From: a virus
DNA: 61,866 nucleotides
Direction: 5' to 3' (one strand)
IMG/VR virus record: IMGVR_UViG_3300050120_000077
Span: 1 to 61,866 of that record
Position numbers and translations under genes: made by a program. Positions 1 to 8,182 of the stretch are shown here, piece by piece (positions within the stretch are counted from its first letter, which is position 1; each line of letters opens with the position of its first letter). A model generated the notes under the pieces. That model was not told the DNA's origin. It worked only from the letters and a program-made list of their open reading frames with translations, and ran no database searches.

Positions 1-127
1 GAAGTTGAAGATGGCATCGTGAGGCCGGTCATAGGTCGCAATGTCGGAGGTGAACACGCTGGCGCCGTGCTCGCGCAGTACATCAGCGATCAGATGATTG
101 CCGGCGGCCGGCTCCCATATCGGCGTG
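1..127. repeat. terminal direct repeat, copy 1 (identical to 61740..61866)
   Basis: Base-by-base comparison: nt 1-127 equal the last 127 nt of the window. The repeat lies inside an ORF. Confidence 0.95.
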
Positions 128-231
128 CGATCACCAACCGGAAAATGCTTGAGCAGCGCCTCGGTTGCCCAAGGCTCCGTCTGATAAAGATCATTCTGTT
201 CACGGGCATAATTCGAAGCGACGACCGTCAT
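1..231 (-). CDS. DNA N6-adenine methyltransferase, N-terminal 77 codons (gene continues at 61739..61404 across the circular junction; 188 aa in total)
   Basis: ATG at 231 forms an ATGA overlap with the stop of 231..632. Translation is MTVVASNYAREQNDLYQTEPWATEALLKHFPVGDRTPIWEPAAGNHLIADVL..., with an EPAAG SAM-binding-like motif. It is in frame with ORF 61404..61796. Confidence 0.8.
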   Translation of the reverse strand, partial: MTVVASNYAREQNDLYQTEPWATEALLKHFPVGDRTPIWEPAAGNHLIADVLREHGASVFTSDIATYDRPHDAIFNF

Positions 232-632
232 CACGCACGTCCGGCTTCTTTGAACTCGTGACGGGACGCGACGATATCGGCTGCGCCGGTGAGGATGGAG
301 CCGATCTCCTCGGCGAGGCCTTGCAGCAGCCGGTTGGTGATCGCGAACATCTCGGTCTGGTCACCACCAGCGGTGGACATGATTTCGCCGGACAGGGCGG
401 CGGCGACCACCATCACCAGAGCGTTCATCATCTCGTTGGCATCGGTGCCGCGGTTCATTTCGTTGACGCGCCAGATGGTGAGGGCCGGCAGCGCCGCTAA
501 TTGGCCTCGGGCGACAACGCCCTCCAGGCCCGGTCTTTCAGTTTTGCCCCGCTCGCGGATGCGGAACTCCTCCATCGCGGCCTCAACCTCGGCAAGATCA
601 ATCATCTGGGGCACTTGTCCCTCCCGGTTCAT
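231..632 (-). CDS. hypothetical protein (133 aa)
   Basis: ORF is coupled to the downstream methyltransferase (ATGA at 231). An alternative ATG at 605 is preceded by GGGAGGG. No motif recognised. Confidence 0.55.
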   Translation of the reverse strand: MNREGQVPQMIDLAEVEAAMEEFRIRERGKTERPGLEGVVARGQLAALPALTIWRVNEMNRGTDANEMMNALVMVVAAALSGEIMSTAGGDQTEMFAITNRLLQGLAEEIGSILTGAADIVASRHEFKEAGRA

Positions 633-852
633 CGAAAAACGTCGCCGGACTGACGCCGGTCAACTCTTTGATTGCCTTCATGTTTATGCTGTTGGGTACG
701 CGACTGCCGTAACGCCATTTTTCGACGGTCCGCTTTGAAAATGTGTCTATTTTCAAATGGTTAGCCAGCATCACCGCGAATTTCGCGTCTGAAATGCGGT
801 TCTTCCAGAGATACTGACCGAAAGCGGTCAAGACCGTCTCCTTGTCTTTCAC
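598..852 (-). CDS. Cro/XRE-family helix-turn-helix regulator (84 aa)
   Basis: GTG start lies 7 nt after AGGAGG. HTH-like segment FSKRTVEKWRYGSRVPNSINMKAIKELTGVSPATFF. Divergent from the rightward operon. Confidence 0.7.
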   Translation of the reverse strand: MKDKETVLTAFGQYLWKNRISDAKFAVMLANHLKIDTFSKRTVEKWRYGSRVPNSINMKAIKELTGVSPATFFDEPGGTSAPDD

Positions 853-886
853 GTGAAACCCTCCTGTTGGGGTAAGATTTACCGCG

Positions 887-923
887 CTAGGAGGTTGACT
901 TCCCTCCTAGTGGGGTATATTTA
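887..923 (+). promoter_or_regulatory. candidate rightward early promoter with overlapping operator palindrome
   Basis: TTGACT (895-900), 17-nt spacer, TATTTA (918-923). A perfect 8-bp inverted repeat CTAGGAGG/CCTCCTAG (887-894 and 903-910) brackets the -35. Confidence 0.45.
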
Positions 924-991
924 TCGATTCGTCAAGCAGAACTTGACAGCGAAAAAACAGTGCCTCTCCCACGAAAATAGGAGTTCCGAAT

Positions 992-1543
992 ATGCAACCA
1001 GCCACGAAAACCGGCCGTCAGCAACCCTCTAGTGGGATTGGAACCTCCCCTTCGCAGGGTAGCCCGGTCATCCCTCACGTCATCTTTTCCCGCGTCGACC
1101 ATCGCCGCAGCCACTATTCCGGCTGCGAGTGCCAGCAGTGCACGCCGACGCTGTACGATATCGCTCTGGGCGATCCCGAGCTGGCCGCCGAGCTTGTTAA
1201 CGCCAGCAAGGGCGGCAACGTGCCCGGCATCACCGAAGATCATCGCTTCGAGTTGATGCGCGCGGTTGAGCTTGCCCGCGATCCTGATCCCATCGTGTCG
1301 CGGGACCGACTGTCGATCGACGACGACTACGGCACCGAGACCTACATCAAGACCATCTTCACGGAATCGCTGCTCGGCCTGCGCCGTGCGGTGCGCGAAC
1401 TCAACATGGGTTCGATCCCGATCTACAGCGATTACGACTGCACCGGCCTCGTGTGCGGTCAGTGGTGCAAGCTCATCAAGATCTACAAGACCGGCCGAGG
1501 CTTCACCGCCGTCGTCGAGATAACCGTGTCGAGGGATGTCTGA
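992..1543 (+). CDS. hypothetical Cys-rich protein (183 aa), first gene of rightward operon
   Basis: AGGAG lies about 8 nt upstream of the ATG. Third-position GC is high. Cys clusters CECQQC and CTGLVCGQWC. Confidence 0.6.
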   Translation: MQPATKTGRQQPSSGIGTSPSQGSPVIPHVIFSRVDHRRSHYSGCECQQCTPTLYDIALGDPELAAELVNASKGGNVPGITEDHRFELMRAVELARDPDPIVSRDRLSIDDDYGTETYIKTIFTESLLGLRRAVRELNMGSIPIYSDYDCTGLVCGQWCKLIKIYKTGRGFTAVVEITVSRDV

Positions 1544-1779
1544 TGAACACATCCCAGCAAGCCGCAGGCGCGCGCCATCTGGCACCCGCAGACCGAGCCT
1601 TCCCTTTCCGCGTCCTGATCTGGGAGTGCCGCTCGCTCCTCGATGTGTGGGTTCTCACCGAAGTCTTCGAGATGGCCACGTTCGCCGAGGCCGAGAACGA
1701 AGCGCTCGAAACCTGCACTGAGCCTTATGCCGATGGTGTGGTCGCGATGCATTACGTGATCGGGGAGGTGGCGCTGTGA
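1543..1779 (+). CDS. hypothetical protein (78 aa)
   Basis: ATG shares 1 nt with the upstream stop (TGATG). In frame with ORF 1453..1779. Confidence 0.55.
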   Translation: MNTSQQAAGARHLAPADRAFPFRVLIWECRSLLDVWVLTEVFEMATFAEAENEALETCTEPYADGVVAMHYVIGEVAL

Positions 1780-2045
1780 GCGAGCTTCCCGGTTACGACG
1801 CGTGGAAAGCGCACAATCCAGACGATGATCGCTGTGAGTTCTGCGGCGTGGCTCCGGGGGAATCTCGCGGAGGCTGGCAACCAGATGGCTGCACCGGAGA
1901 GTGTGGTCAAAGCTGGCGCGATCCTGACCAAGAATACGAAAAGGCACGCGACGACGACATGTTCGACGGCGACGAGCCCGAGGCCTTCGATCATCAGGCC
2001 GCGCGTTGGGATCATGCCCGAGATCACCGGAAGAACGCGTCATGA
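1776..2045 (+). CDS. hypothetical acidic protein (89 aa)
   Basis: GTG start overlaps the upstream stop (GTGA). GGGGAGG lies 8 nt upstream. Confidence 0.55.
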   Translation: MSELPGYDAWKAHNPDDDRCEFCGVAPGESRGGWQPDGCTGECGQSWRDPDQEYEKARDDDMFDGDEPEAFDHQAARWDHARDHRKNAS

Positions 2046-2155
2046 GATTTTTCAACATCAGCACCCGGCGCGTCGGCGGCCTTCGCTTCGTGAAGGTCGG
2101 TCGGCTCTGCTTCTCCTTCTGTGTCACCCGTCAATATCGGAGCCTCGCTCGATGA
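2042..2155 (+). CDS. hypothetical mini-protein (37 aa, MRFFNISTRRVGGLRFVKVGRLCFSFCVTRQYRSLAR)
   Basis: Not in the ORF track (under 60 aa). ATGA overlaps at both ends link it into the operon. Confidence 0.4.
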   Translation: MRFFNISTRRVGGLRFVKVGRLCFSFCVTRQYRSLAR

Positions 2156-2445
2156 TCGGACCAATCCGCACACCATCAACGGTCGCGCATGAACTGATCT
2201 ATTGCGGCACGCGCGACCTGACGGCGCAGGAGCGCGCCTACGTCACGACCTACCATCGCATCACCATGCGGACCGTGCGCGCCAAGACGCACGCATGGGA
2301 AATGTTCGGCAGAACGTCCAAGGCGGCTGCGGCCGCGATCTGGCTCGCTGAATGCGAGGAGAAGATCGATCTCCAGCGCGCGTTGATCGTGTTCGAGGAT
2401 GTTGACGGCCAGACCGACGTGGCGCGGAGGCTCGTGCTCGTATGA
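2152..2445 (+). CDS. hypothetical protein (97 aa)
   Basis: ATGA overlap with the upstream mini-ORF. In frame with ORF 1825..2445. Confidence 0.55.
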   Translation: MIGPIRTPSTVAHELIYCGTRDLTAQERAYVTTYHRITMRTVRAKTHAWEMFGRTSKAAAAAIWLAECEEKIDLQRALIVFEDVDGQTDVARRLVLV

Positions 2446-2633
2446 TGGTGTCTCACGCCTGCAAAACCTGCCCGACGATGCTGACGTATGACCGCAAGAC
2501 CGCGTGGCGGCTTCACTGCGAGCCCTGCCAGATCAAGCGTGATCGCGCGTCCAAGTACCGCTCGCTGAAACAGCGCCGCGAGCGTTTCGGCCGCTACTAC
2601 ACCCCCATGCTTCCAACGGAGAAACGGATATGA
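2442..2633 (+). CDS. small zinc-ribbon-like protein (63 aa)
   Basis: CKTC...CEPC Cys pairs. ATGA overlap upstream. Confidence 0.55.
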   Translation: MMVSHACKTCPTMLTYDRKTAWRLHCEPCQIKRDRASKYRSLKQRRERFGRYYTPMLPTEKRI

Positions 2634-3691
2634 GCTTTGACCGCTGGCGCGCGCGCCTCACTGGCGAGAAGGTCCCGACCTTCCTGCAACCCGACTTCGA
2701 CGACGAGGGCTACTATCGGAAGCCGATCACCGAGCCGAAGCTCGCCGCCAACGGCCAGCGCAACGGCCAGAAGAAGATCGTCGGCTGGGAGTCGGTTGCC
2801 TACTTCATCGACCGCGGCAAGCTCTGCGGCGTCATCGGTGACCGCGACATGGCGATCAACGAGGTGACCGACGAAAGCCTGTGGTCCTGGGTGGTCCGTC
2901 ACCCGATCAGCGAGGAGCTATATCGCGCCGTCGCCGAGCGCGGCGAGCCGTGGCCGGATCTGCATATTGATATCGCCTCGCGCGATGTGGTTCCCAACGA
3001 ACCCGCGGTGCCCGCCGCGAACCGTGATGTCGCCAAGACCGACAACAAGCCGCCCGAGGAGCTGCCGCCCGAGGTCGAGCACGCACAGGCGATCGATTCC
3101 GCCATCGGCGCCGCGCCGACCAAGATCACCAGCGAGGCCGAGGCGGCTGTGGCGCTGGGCTCCAAGAACCGTATCGCCGAGCTGCGGCTGGCCGCCGACA
3201 AGGCTGGCAAGGCCGTCTACGAGCCGATGTACCGCGAATATAAGAAGGTGCAGGCCGTGTGGTCGCCCATCGTGGCGCGCGCCGTCGCGGCCGAGGGCAA
3301 GATCCAGACTGCCGTCCTGACGTTCCGCGAATCCGAGCGCAAGCGGCTGGCGGCAATCGAAACCAAGCGCCTCGAAGCTATCCGGAATGCCGAAATCGAG
3401 AACGAGCGCATCGCGCAGCTCGCGATCGCCGCTGGCCGTCCCGAACCTGCGCCAGCACCGGCGCCCGAGCCTGCACCCGTCGCGCAGCCGGTGGCACTCG
3501 CGCCAACCTACGGCACCCGCAAGCTCAAGGAAGAACTGAAAAAGTTCGCCATCATCAACGATCACCTCGAGGTCTACCTGCACTTCAAAGACGACGCCGA
3601 TCTCAAGGCACTCCTCGAAAAACTCACCACCAACGCAATCCGGTCAGGGGCAACGGTGCCTGGGGCCACATTCAGGGAGGGACTTATCTAA
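2630..3691 (+). CDS. hypothetical protein with central coiled-coil and Pro/Ala linker (353 aa)
   Basis: Long ORF with good third-position GC. ATGA overlap upstream. No motif recognised. Confidence 0.7.
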   Translation: MSFDRWRARLTGEKVPTFLQPDFDDEGYYRKPITEPKLAANGQRNGQKKIVGWESVAYFIDRGKLCGVIGDRDMAINEVTDESLWSWVVRHPISEELYRAVAERGEPWPDLHIDIASRDVVPNEPAVPAANRDVAKTDNKPPEELPPEVEHAQAIDSAIGAAPTKITSEAEAAVALGSKNRIAELRLAADKAGKAVYEPMYREYKKVQAVWSPIVARAVAAEGKIQTAVLTFRESERKRLAAIETKRLEAIRNAEIENERIAQLAIAAGRPEPAPAPAPEPAPVAQPVALAPTYGTRKLKEELKKFAIINDHLEVYLHFKDDADLKALLEKLTTNAIRSGATVPGATFREGLI

Positions 3692-3906
3692 TGATCGCAC
3701 CAAAACTCTCGAAAAGCATGAGCGAAACGCAGGCGAAAGAAGGCCTGCAGAGCGCAATCAATAAGCTCGCCGAGATCTACACCATGATTGGCACGATCAC
3801 CATCGAGGAGGTCGATCGCCATCCGGTGCTTCAGCCCATCGTCGCGGAATATCGGAGCGGCCTCAAATATCTCGAAGCTCTCGCCGACGACAAAATCCCC
3901 TTCTGA
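3691..3906 (+). CDS. small protein ending in an SSB-tip-like DDKIPF (71 aa)
   Basis: TAATG overlap with the upstream stop. C-terminus is ...KYLEALADDKIPF. Confidence 0.55.
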   Translation: MIAPKLSKSMSETQAKEGLQSAINKLAEIYTMIGTITIEEVDRHPVLQPIVAEYRSGLKYLEALADDKIPF

Positions 3907-3941
3907 CGCCATCCATCATCCCACCAACCGAGGACTGTAAA

Positions 3942-4583
3942 ATGCCTTATATCGTGATCGACGTCGAAACGTCCGGTCTCTACATCTACAAGAACCCGGA
4001 CGGCACGCCGCACCCGGCCGATGCTCCCGATCAACCGCGGCTCGCCGAGCTGGCGATGATCCAGTGCGATGATGCCTTCAATGTCATCCGCGAACGCCAG
4101 TTCTACATCCAGCCGAGCGGCTGGGAAATGCACCCGGACGCGACCGCGATCAATGGCCTGACCACGGAGTTCCTGCTGGCCAACGGCGTTCCGGCCATCC
4201 AGGCGCTCGCCGCTTACCACGGGGCCATCGGCGTGGGTCATATCGTGCTAGCGCACAACGCACAGTTCGATTGCAAGTCGCTCCGTGGCGAGAGCCGCCG
4301 CCTTGGCGTCCCCGACCTGTTCGAGAAGACTTACAACGTCTGCACCATGCGCAGCGCGATGAAGGTCACGCCGAAGATCAAGAAACTGAACGGGAAGGGT
4401 GGCTTCCCCGGCTTGGTCGACGTCGCTGCATACTTCGGCATCCCGCATCCCGAGACACATTCGGCGCTCGACGATGCCCGCACCACGGTGATGGTCGCCA
4501 AAGCTCTCCATGAAGGAGGTTGGCTTCTGGCGCCCGATGTCCACCGCGCGAAACTGCACCCGAGCGAGGAGTTGGTCTCGTGA
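3942..4583 (+). CDS. DnaQ-like DEDDh 3'-5' exonuclease (213 aa)
   Basis: Exo motifs VIDVETSG (DxE), LAHNAQFDCKSL (NxxFD) and HSALDDARTT (HxxxD). GAGGA SD upstream. Confidence 0.85.
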   Translation: MPYIVIDVETSGLYIYKNPDGTPHPADAPDQPRLAELAMIQCDDAFNVIRERQFYIQPSGWEMHPDATAINGLTTEFLLANGVPAIQALAAYHGAIGVGHIVLAHNAQFDCKSLRGESRRLGVPDLFEKTYNVCTMRSAMKVTPKIKKLNGKGGFPGLVDVAAYFGIPHPETHSALDDARTTVMVAKALHEGGWLLAPDVHRAKLHPSEELVS

Positions 4584-5797
4584 ATGTGAATGTCCGCCCA
4601 TCGCGCGTGCCGTCGCCAACGCCGCAGCACGTCGTCACCCAGGCTATCGAGGACTCATCGTTCGATGAGGTCGAGCGGCCGAACAATTTGCCATCGCGCG
4701 CCGTCAACCGGCCTACGCTGGCGCAAATCCCCGATCGTCAGGAACCGGAGCAAGCGGCGCTCCCGGTTACGTCGTTCGGCAACCTTGCCGGTGCTATCGC
4801 TGCCATCATGGCTGAGATCACGCCGGTCGAGAAAAGCGGCTGGAACAAGTTTCAAAGCTACAGCTACGCCCGCATCCAAGACCTGATGGGCACGCTCACG
4901 CCGCTGATGGGCAAGCACGGCATCGTGGTGTTCCAGAATGAGGAGGGGCGCGAAATGTTCGACGATGGCAAGGCCATCGCCGTCCGCTACCGCTTCACCA
5001 TCGTCCATAAGTCGGGGGAGATTTGGCCGGAACGCATTTTGCAGACCGGATTGTCGAGCTGCCGCAACACAAAGGACGGCTTCGACGACAAGAGCCTCAA
5101 CAAGTGCCACACGGCGGCTCGGAAATACTTCCTTCTCTCGCTGTTTCAAATCCCAACGGAGGACGCGGAGGACGGAGACAATACCAGCCCGGTAAGGGTC
5201 AACGGCGGCAATCAACAGCGTCCGCAGGGGCGCCGGCCGGTACCGTCACCATCCGGCAAGATCGCGCCGCACACGATCCCGATCATTGACGGGGAAACCC
5301 CGCAAGCGTGGGCATCCCGGTTTGGCGCGTTCATCGCCAAGACGGAATCGGCAGCCGAGATCGACGAGTGGTACGCGGCCAATACCAACGCCTTCGATAA
5401 GCTCAAAGGCCGCTTCGATGACGTCTACAACGCGGCCATCGACTACATGGATGCACGGGTTGCCCAGCTTGGCGGCAACACCAAGACCGATCCGATCAGC
5501 AGCGGCAAAACCGCCAGTGACTTCCCCGGCGACAAAACGGCGAAGACTACCGCGCATCCGGAGACCAAGAGCGATCAGATACCGATTGCGCTTGATCGAA
5601 AGCTGACGGAGGGCGACCGCGATTGGTTGATATCGCTCAACGAGGCTTTCCAGCAGTGCAAAACGATCGAGGAGATCGGGTCCGAGCAGGACAGCCTCAT
5701 GATGCCTTCGCAGGGGAACGTTCAGCCGCATGCGTGGAATCGGGCCTGCGACATGCTCGATCAGCACGTCGAGCGCGTCCAGGCAGGAGCAAGCTGA
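4580..5797 (+). CDS. erf: ERF-family single-strand annealing protein (about 405 aa; start uncertain)
   Basis: LAGAIAAIMAEITPVEKSGWNKFQSYSYARIQDLMGTLTPLMGKHGIVVFQ matches the ERF signature as I recall it. GTG 4580 overlaps the exonuclease stop (GTGA). ATG 4520 is an alternative start. Confidence 0.75.
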   Translation: MNVNVRPSRVPSPTPQHVVTQAIEDSSFDEVERPNNLPSRAVNRPTLAQIPDRQEPEQAALPVTSFGNLAGAIAAIMAEITPVEKSGWNKFQSYSYARIQDLMGTLTPLMGKHGIVVFQNEEGREMFDDGKAIAVRYRFTIVHKSGEIWPERILQTGLSSCRNTKDGFDDKSLNKCHTAARKYFLLSLFQIPTEDAEDGDNTSPVRVNGGNQQRPQGRRPVPSPSGKIAPHTIPIIDGETPQAWASRFGAFIAKTESAAEIDEWYAANTNAFDKLKGRFDDVYNAAIDYMDARVAQLGGNTKTDPISSGKTASDFPGDKTAKTTAHPETKSDQIPIALDRKLTEGDRDWLISLNEAFQQCKTIEEIGSEQDSLMMPSQGNVQPHAWNRACDMLDQHVERVQAGAS

Positions 5798-6237
5798 TGC
5801 CGAAAGGGCTCTGGCGTCGTGTCGGTAATACCGCAGTGCCGGCCGACGCCCGGTCCCTTGCGTTCCTCCAGGCGCGCAAGGAGGGTGTCGCCTTCATCGC
5901 CGACACCAATGGTGCGCGAAACCCGAAGCAATTGGCGCTCTGGTGGTCGCTCTGCAATCTGGTGTGCGAGGCCGAGGATATCCCGACACCGGAAAAGGTC
6001 TCGCACGATCTCAAGATCGCGCTGGGGCACGTCGATACCCACGTCGACCGCATGGGCGACGTTCACCTGATTCCGAAATCGATAGCGTTCGAGTCGATGG
6101 GGCAGGAAGACTTCGACCAACTATTCAAAGCGGCGATTGGTGTGATCTCGGGCTGGCTCGCCGCGTCCCTGACGGACGTGATGGACCGTTTCAACCAAAT
6201 GACGGCAGACAAGCGATATGAAGGGATGCGGCGATGA
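5797..6237 (+). CDS. hypothetical protein (146 aa), weak NinB/DUF1367-like resemblance
   Basis: TGATG junction. The segment RNPKQLALWWSLCNLV resembles the NinB RSLDQNRKLWACL region. Unverified. Confidence 0.5.
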   Translation: MPKGLWRRVGNTAVPADARSLAFLQARKEGVAFIADTNGARNPKQLALWWSLCNLVCEAEDIPTPEKVSHDLKIALGHVDTHVDRMGDVHLIPKSIAFESMGQEDFDQLFKAAIGVISGWLAASLTDVMDRFNQMTADKRYEGMRR

Positions 6238-6461
6238 CTGAGAAACTAGAAAAAATTCCGTGCCCACATTGCGGGAAGCGCCTTCTCGGCCGATCTGGTG
6301 TTTACACACACATCAAGGTCAAGCACGGCGGCAAGGGAAAGGGCGCGTTCAAGCCAGTTAGAGACGACGACGATGAATCGTTTGCTGACCGGGCCGTTCA
6401 AGCCGAGATTGATCGCGCCTGCGGCATCCCGAATGACGATATCGATTGGCTTCTGCCGTGA
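6234..6461 (+). CDS. C2H2 zinc-finger-like small protein (75 aa)
   Basis: CPHCGKRLLGRSGVYTHIKVKH (C-x2-C-x12-H-x4-H). ATGA overlap upstream. Confidence 0.6.
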   Translation: MTEKLEKIPCPHCGKRLLGRSGVYTHIKVKHGGKGKGAFKPVRDDDDESFADRAVQAEIDRACGIPNDDIDWLLP

Positions 6462-6892
6462 GCCGGGCGCGGGGGCATATCTCGTTCAAGACCAAGCTCG
6501 TCGCCGCGCTCTGCCAGATGCGCCACGAGGTCGATGGTAGGCTGGAATTGATCTTGAATCACGACGAGGCCAAGGCGCTATCGGAGGATCAAATCCTATC
6601 GCTATTCCATTGGGACCATACCGTGACGCCGCACGCCGAGGAAGGCGCGGACGTTCACTGGAATCTCGCGCCGGAACTGATCGTCCCGCATCGGGTGAAG
6701 ACAGCTACGGTCGATGTCCCTGGCATTGCCAAGAGAAAGCGGGTCGCGACGTCCTATGTCGAGCATACGCGCACCATGGCCACACCACGGGATCAGCGGC
6801 CGGAAAGGAAATCGAAGTGGGCATCCCGCCCATTTCCGAAACGGAGGAAAAACGATGATACCACAGGAAGCCGCCGACACCCTCAACGGTAA
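6458..6892 (+). CDS. HNH-like nuclease candidate (144 aa)
   Basis: FHWDHTVTPHAEEGADVHWNLAPELIVPHRVKT has His/Asn spacing like HNH. GTG 6458 overlaps the upstream stop (GTGA). The ORF track start at 6446 is TTG. Confidence 0.45.
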   Translation: MSRARGHISFKTKLVAALCQMRHEVDGRLELILNHDEAKALSEDQILSLFHWDHTVTPHAEEGADVHWNLAPELIVPHRVKTATVDVPGIAKRKRVATSYVEHTRTMATPRDQRPERKSKWASRPFPKRRKNDDTTGSRRHPQR

Positions 6893-7274
6893 CGAATATC
6901 GGGAGGAGGGCTCCAACGATCTTTTCCAAGCCATGAAGCGCGCGGGTCTCGTTGCCGTGTTCGGCGCCAGCGATGACCTCATGCAGTTTCGTGGCGCGAT
7001 ATACGATGAGGTTGGCTGCAACAATGGTGGCGTCGCTTACGTCACCGAGAAAGGGATGCTTCGGAACGAATGCACCGATGATGATTGCCCATATTTTGCC
7101 AGACAGAAGCTGAAGGCGGCCGCGATCTTCGCCAAATGGGATGATGGTGGCTTTTCGTGGCGCTACGAGACCGATATTCCCCACGTCAAATTCATCATCA
7201 AGGAAGACGACGAAAACTATTGCGAGGGGATCGTGTTCGCTCTGGCTGATGTCAAGGGAGGCTCCCATGACTGA
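6855..7274 (+). CDS. hypothetical protein (139 aa)
   Basis: ATG 6855 is in frame with ORF 6714..7274. No motif recognised. Confidence 0.55.
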   Translation: MIPQEAADTLNGNEYREEGSNDLFQAMKRAGLVAVFGASDDLMQFRGAIYDEVGCNNGGVAYVTEKGMLRNECTDDDCPYFARQKLKAAAIFAKWDDGGFSWRYETDIPHVKFIIKEDDENYCEGIVFALADVKGGSHD

Positions 7275-7860
7275 AGCAATGGCGCTGGCGGACCGGCTGA
7301 AGAAGCGCGTGACCTGGGAGTTGTCTATCGATGACAAGGTGCTGATCCTAACTGCCCTCCGCTCCACCCCAACCCCCGCCCCTGCTGTCACCGTGCCGGC
7401 CGGTTGGAGGCTTGTCCCGGAACGTGCGACCGACGCACAGATGAATGCCGGGATATACCAATCTTCTGCAGACGCCACATCGGCCGATGTGTATTCGATC
7501 TATGCCGACATGATCGATGCCGCACCGTCAATCGACGACCATCCCAGCAAGGCGATCCCCGTTTCGATCTCACGCAAGCCCGCCCCTGCTGTCAGCGGAG
7601 ACACGACGGGGGATACGTTCAGGTTCTTTAGCCAGAACGTGGACGCTTGGGGCGCGCTGGAATGGTTTGACCGTCTTGCCAAAGCTGTCCGCCAGCAGAA
7701 CTCAGCGGTAGTTGCAGGAAATCTCCTAGAGATGGAGACGTGCCGAAACATCGCCGCGTCGAGCGCAATGCGACTTGTCCGTGATTACGAACGGGAAGTT
7801 CGCGCCGCCCTCCAGCAAGCGCCCGAAACGGATGCGGTCACAGCCTCCGAAACGCGATGA
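7267..7860 (+). CDS. hypothetical protein (197 aa), last gene of rightward operon
   Basis: ATG 7267 is in frame with ORF 7141..7860. Its end is convergent with the minus-strand lysis genes. Confidence 0.55.
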   Translation: MTEAMALADRLKKRVTWELSIDDKVLILTALRSTPTPAPAVTVPAGWRLVPERATDAQMNAGIYQSSADATSADVYSIYADMIDAAPSIDDHPSKAIPVSISRKPAPAVSGDTTGDTFRFFSQNVDAWGALEWFDRLAKAVRQQNSAVVAGNLLEMETCRNIAASSAMRLVRDYEREVRAALQQAPETDAVTASETR

Positions 7861-8182
7861 CGCCGCGCAAGGAACGCTCTCTGACTCGAACGGCGTTGCC
7901 GTCGTTTCCGGACCGCACGAGCCAGCCACCATGCGGACCTTGGCCCTCGATGCGACCGACGTGATGGGGCCAGACGACGATGACACCGGGCGCGGGGCCT
8001 CCCGCGTTGACGCCCTCATAGGCCCAGCGGCGCGCGAGGGCCAGGCCGGGCTTATGATCCCCCGTCAGGCTCATCATGTACAGGCCGCACCACGGTAGGC
8101 GTCCGTGGTGGTGATGGCGGTGACTGGCGTTCGCCGCGGAAACCGGGAAGAAAAGCACAAGCAAAAGCAACAACCGAAACAT
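7838..8182 (-). CDS. secreted CHAP/NlpC-P60-like (TIGR02594-like) peptidoglycan hydrolase (114 aa)
   Basis: Signal peptide MFRLLLLLVLFFPVSAANA. Cys motif LPWCGLYM and His motif VIVVWPHHVGRI, then SGNDGNAV. Third-position GC switches to this frame at about 8182. Confidence 0.6.
   Translation of the reverse strand: MFRLLLLLVLFFPVSAANASHRHHHHGRLPWCGLYMMSLTGDHKPGLALARRWAYEGVNAGGPAPGVIVVWPHHVGRIEGQGPHGGWLVRSGNDGNAVRVRERSLRGVIAFRRL

Noticed and set aside
1-127. Terminal repeat interpreted as LTR or IS ends, or as genuine phage direct terminal repeats.
   Set aside because: The repeat is internal to a single ORF that is restored by circularisation, and its length equals a typical assembler k-mer. 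A true DTR remains a formal alternative (see finding).
4520-4579. ATG 4520 as the start of the ERF gene.
   Set aside because: It would overlap the exonuclease gene by 64 nt. GTG 4580 gives the GTGA coupling used elsewhere. It is kept as an alternative because the true start is not determinable by eye.
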